The notes under the pieces were generated by a model. It saw only the letters and a program-made list of their open reading frames with translations. It ran no database searches and was not told the DNA's origin. Shown one piece after another: positions 63,109 through 64,000 of a stretch of 64,000 nt of DNA. The DNA is from Scyliorhinus canicula. Lineage: Eukaryota. Position numbers and translations under genes: made by a program. The DNA is taken from NCBI RefSeq assembly GCF_902713615.1, contig NC_052146.1, positions 291,222,000 through 291,285,999 of the forward strand, written 5' to 3'. How positions within the stretch are numbered: position 1 is the first letter of the stretch; the number at the start of each line of letters is the position of its first letter.

Positions 63109-63688
63109 TTTTTTTTTTTGATATTTTTTTTTTCTTCTGACAATATTTATTTATAAATGACAGAATCTCCAACTAAACCCAAATGTGACTTCTTTACACA
63201 AAAGAAAGATTTTCAGAATCTGACTCACTCACACACACAAACACACACAGACATGATTCTCTTTGCAGTTTCTTTACTCCCGATAACTTTCCCAGCTTCT
63301 TCTCGTGTCCTCGGTTTGCTCTGGCCACTCCACGGCCCCTCCCACCAAACACACCTCTGCCAGCACCCCCACCAGCTCCTCGCCCTTTCTGTTGTTGCTG
63401 CTGCTTCTGTTGCTGGAGGCCACGACCTCTGCCCTTTGACACCACCTCTTCTTTCACCATATCAATGATTTCATCAGGGATGCGCAGATATTTAATGGTG
63501 CTGCCACGAATGTAACATTCCGGCATCTTCCAGAACTTGTCCCCATCCCTGGACGTACAAATAACCTCTCGCAAGTTAATATTCATCCAGTTGTCACAGC
63601 TGACCAAGTGACCATTGTAGGTTTCTCCATTCTTCAACTCCACAAGCATCGGATGATTTTGCGCCGTCTTCAGTAAAGAGAGGGGAAG
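63109..63688 (-). pseudogene. LSM4: Processed (intronless) LSM4 retrocopy
   Basis: [81 protein letters not shown] plus an RG-rich tail, with no introns. AATAAA at 63146-63151 (minus) and a poly(A) remnant at 63109-63133. The native ATG position reads AAG. Confidence 0.92.
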
Positions 63689-63767
63689 CTTTAAACCTGG
63701 ATGTTGAATACAACAATAATTACAACAACTGTCCCTCAGCTGACCCAAACTGGGATTAACCATGCAG

Positions 63768-63888
63768 TGGGGGTGGAGTGGGGGGGGGGGGGGGGGGCTC
63801 CCAGGCTGGGGGGGGGGGGGGCGCTCCCAGGCTGGGGGGGGGGGGGGGGGGTTGGGCGCTCCCAGGCTTTGGGGGGGGGGTCGCTCCA
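63768..63888 (+). repeat. G-rich minisatellite, GC(G)CTCCCAGGCT-(G)n x3
   Basis: Three CTCCCAGGCT units separated by G tracts of about 10-19 nt. Confidence 0.85.
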
Positions 63889-64000
63889 CCAAATCTTAAG
63901 TTGACCACTGTGCAAAGTTTCTCAATGCAAAAGAAAAGTTAACCCACGCATACACAGTTTGTGGTTCTGCACATGGCTATTCAACGCGACTCGTGGGGGC

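Noticed and set aside
63764-63892. Poly-proline N-terminus of the 232-aa LSM4-containing ORF
   Set aside because: It has a non-ATG start and is simply the translation of the G-tract minisatellite.

Overview
This is vertebrate (eukaryotic) genomic DNA, very likely from a shark (probably a catshark), judged from HE1/V-SINEs, CR1 and L1-clade LINEs and Penelope-like elements. Two host genes lie head-to-head, as at the human locus. CEP170 is on the minus strand: first coding exon at 6987-7132, probable non-coding exon 1 near 47219-47340, and an intron of about 40 kb between them. SDCCAG8 is on the plus strand, with coding exons at 51303-51360, 56526-56702 and 62588-62670. The ORF track misses all of these exons. 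The CpG-rich promoter between the two genes is split by a 3.2-kb inverted-repeat Penelope-like (GIY-YIG) retroelement containing a nested CR1 fragment. Most of the rest is transposon-derived: a near-intact 5'-truncated CR1, a near-intact full-length L1-clade LINE with a target-site duplication (TSD), several decayed L1s, two LTR-like elements, a hAT-type non-autonomous transposon and many SINEs. An intronless LSM4 retrocopy with an open frame lies antisense in SDCCAG8 intron 3. The most notable hidden signal is minimal hammerhead-ribozyme motifs in three distinct short repeat families, including ~180-bp palindromic 'mini-Penelope' insertions. Gene and family identities rest on recalled sequences, not on database searches.
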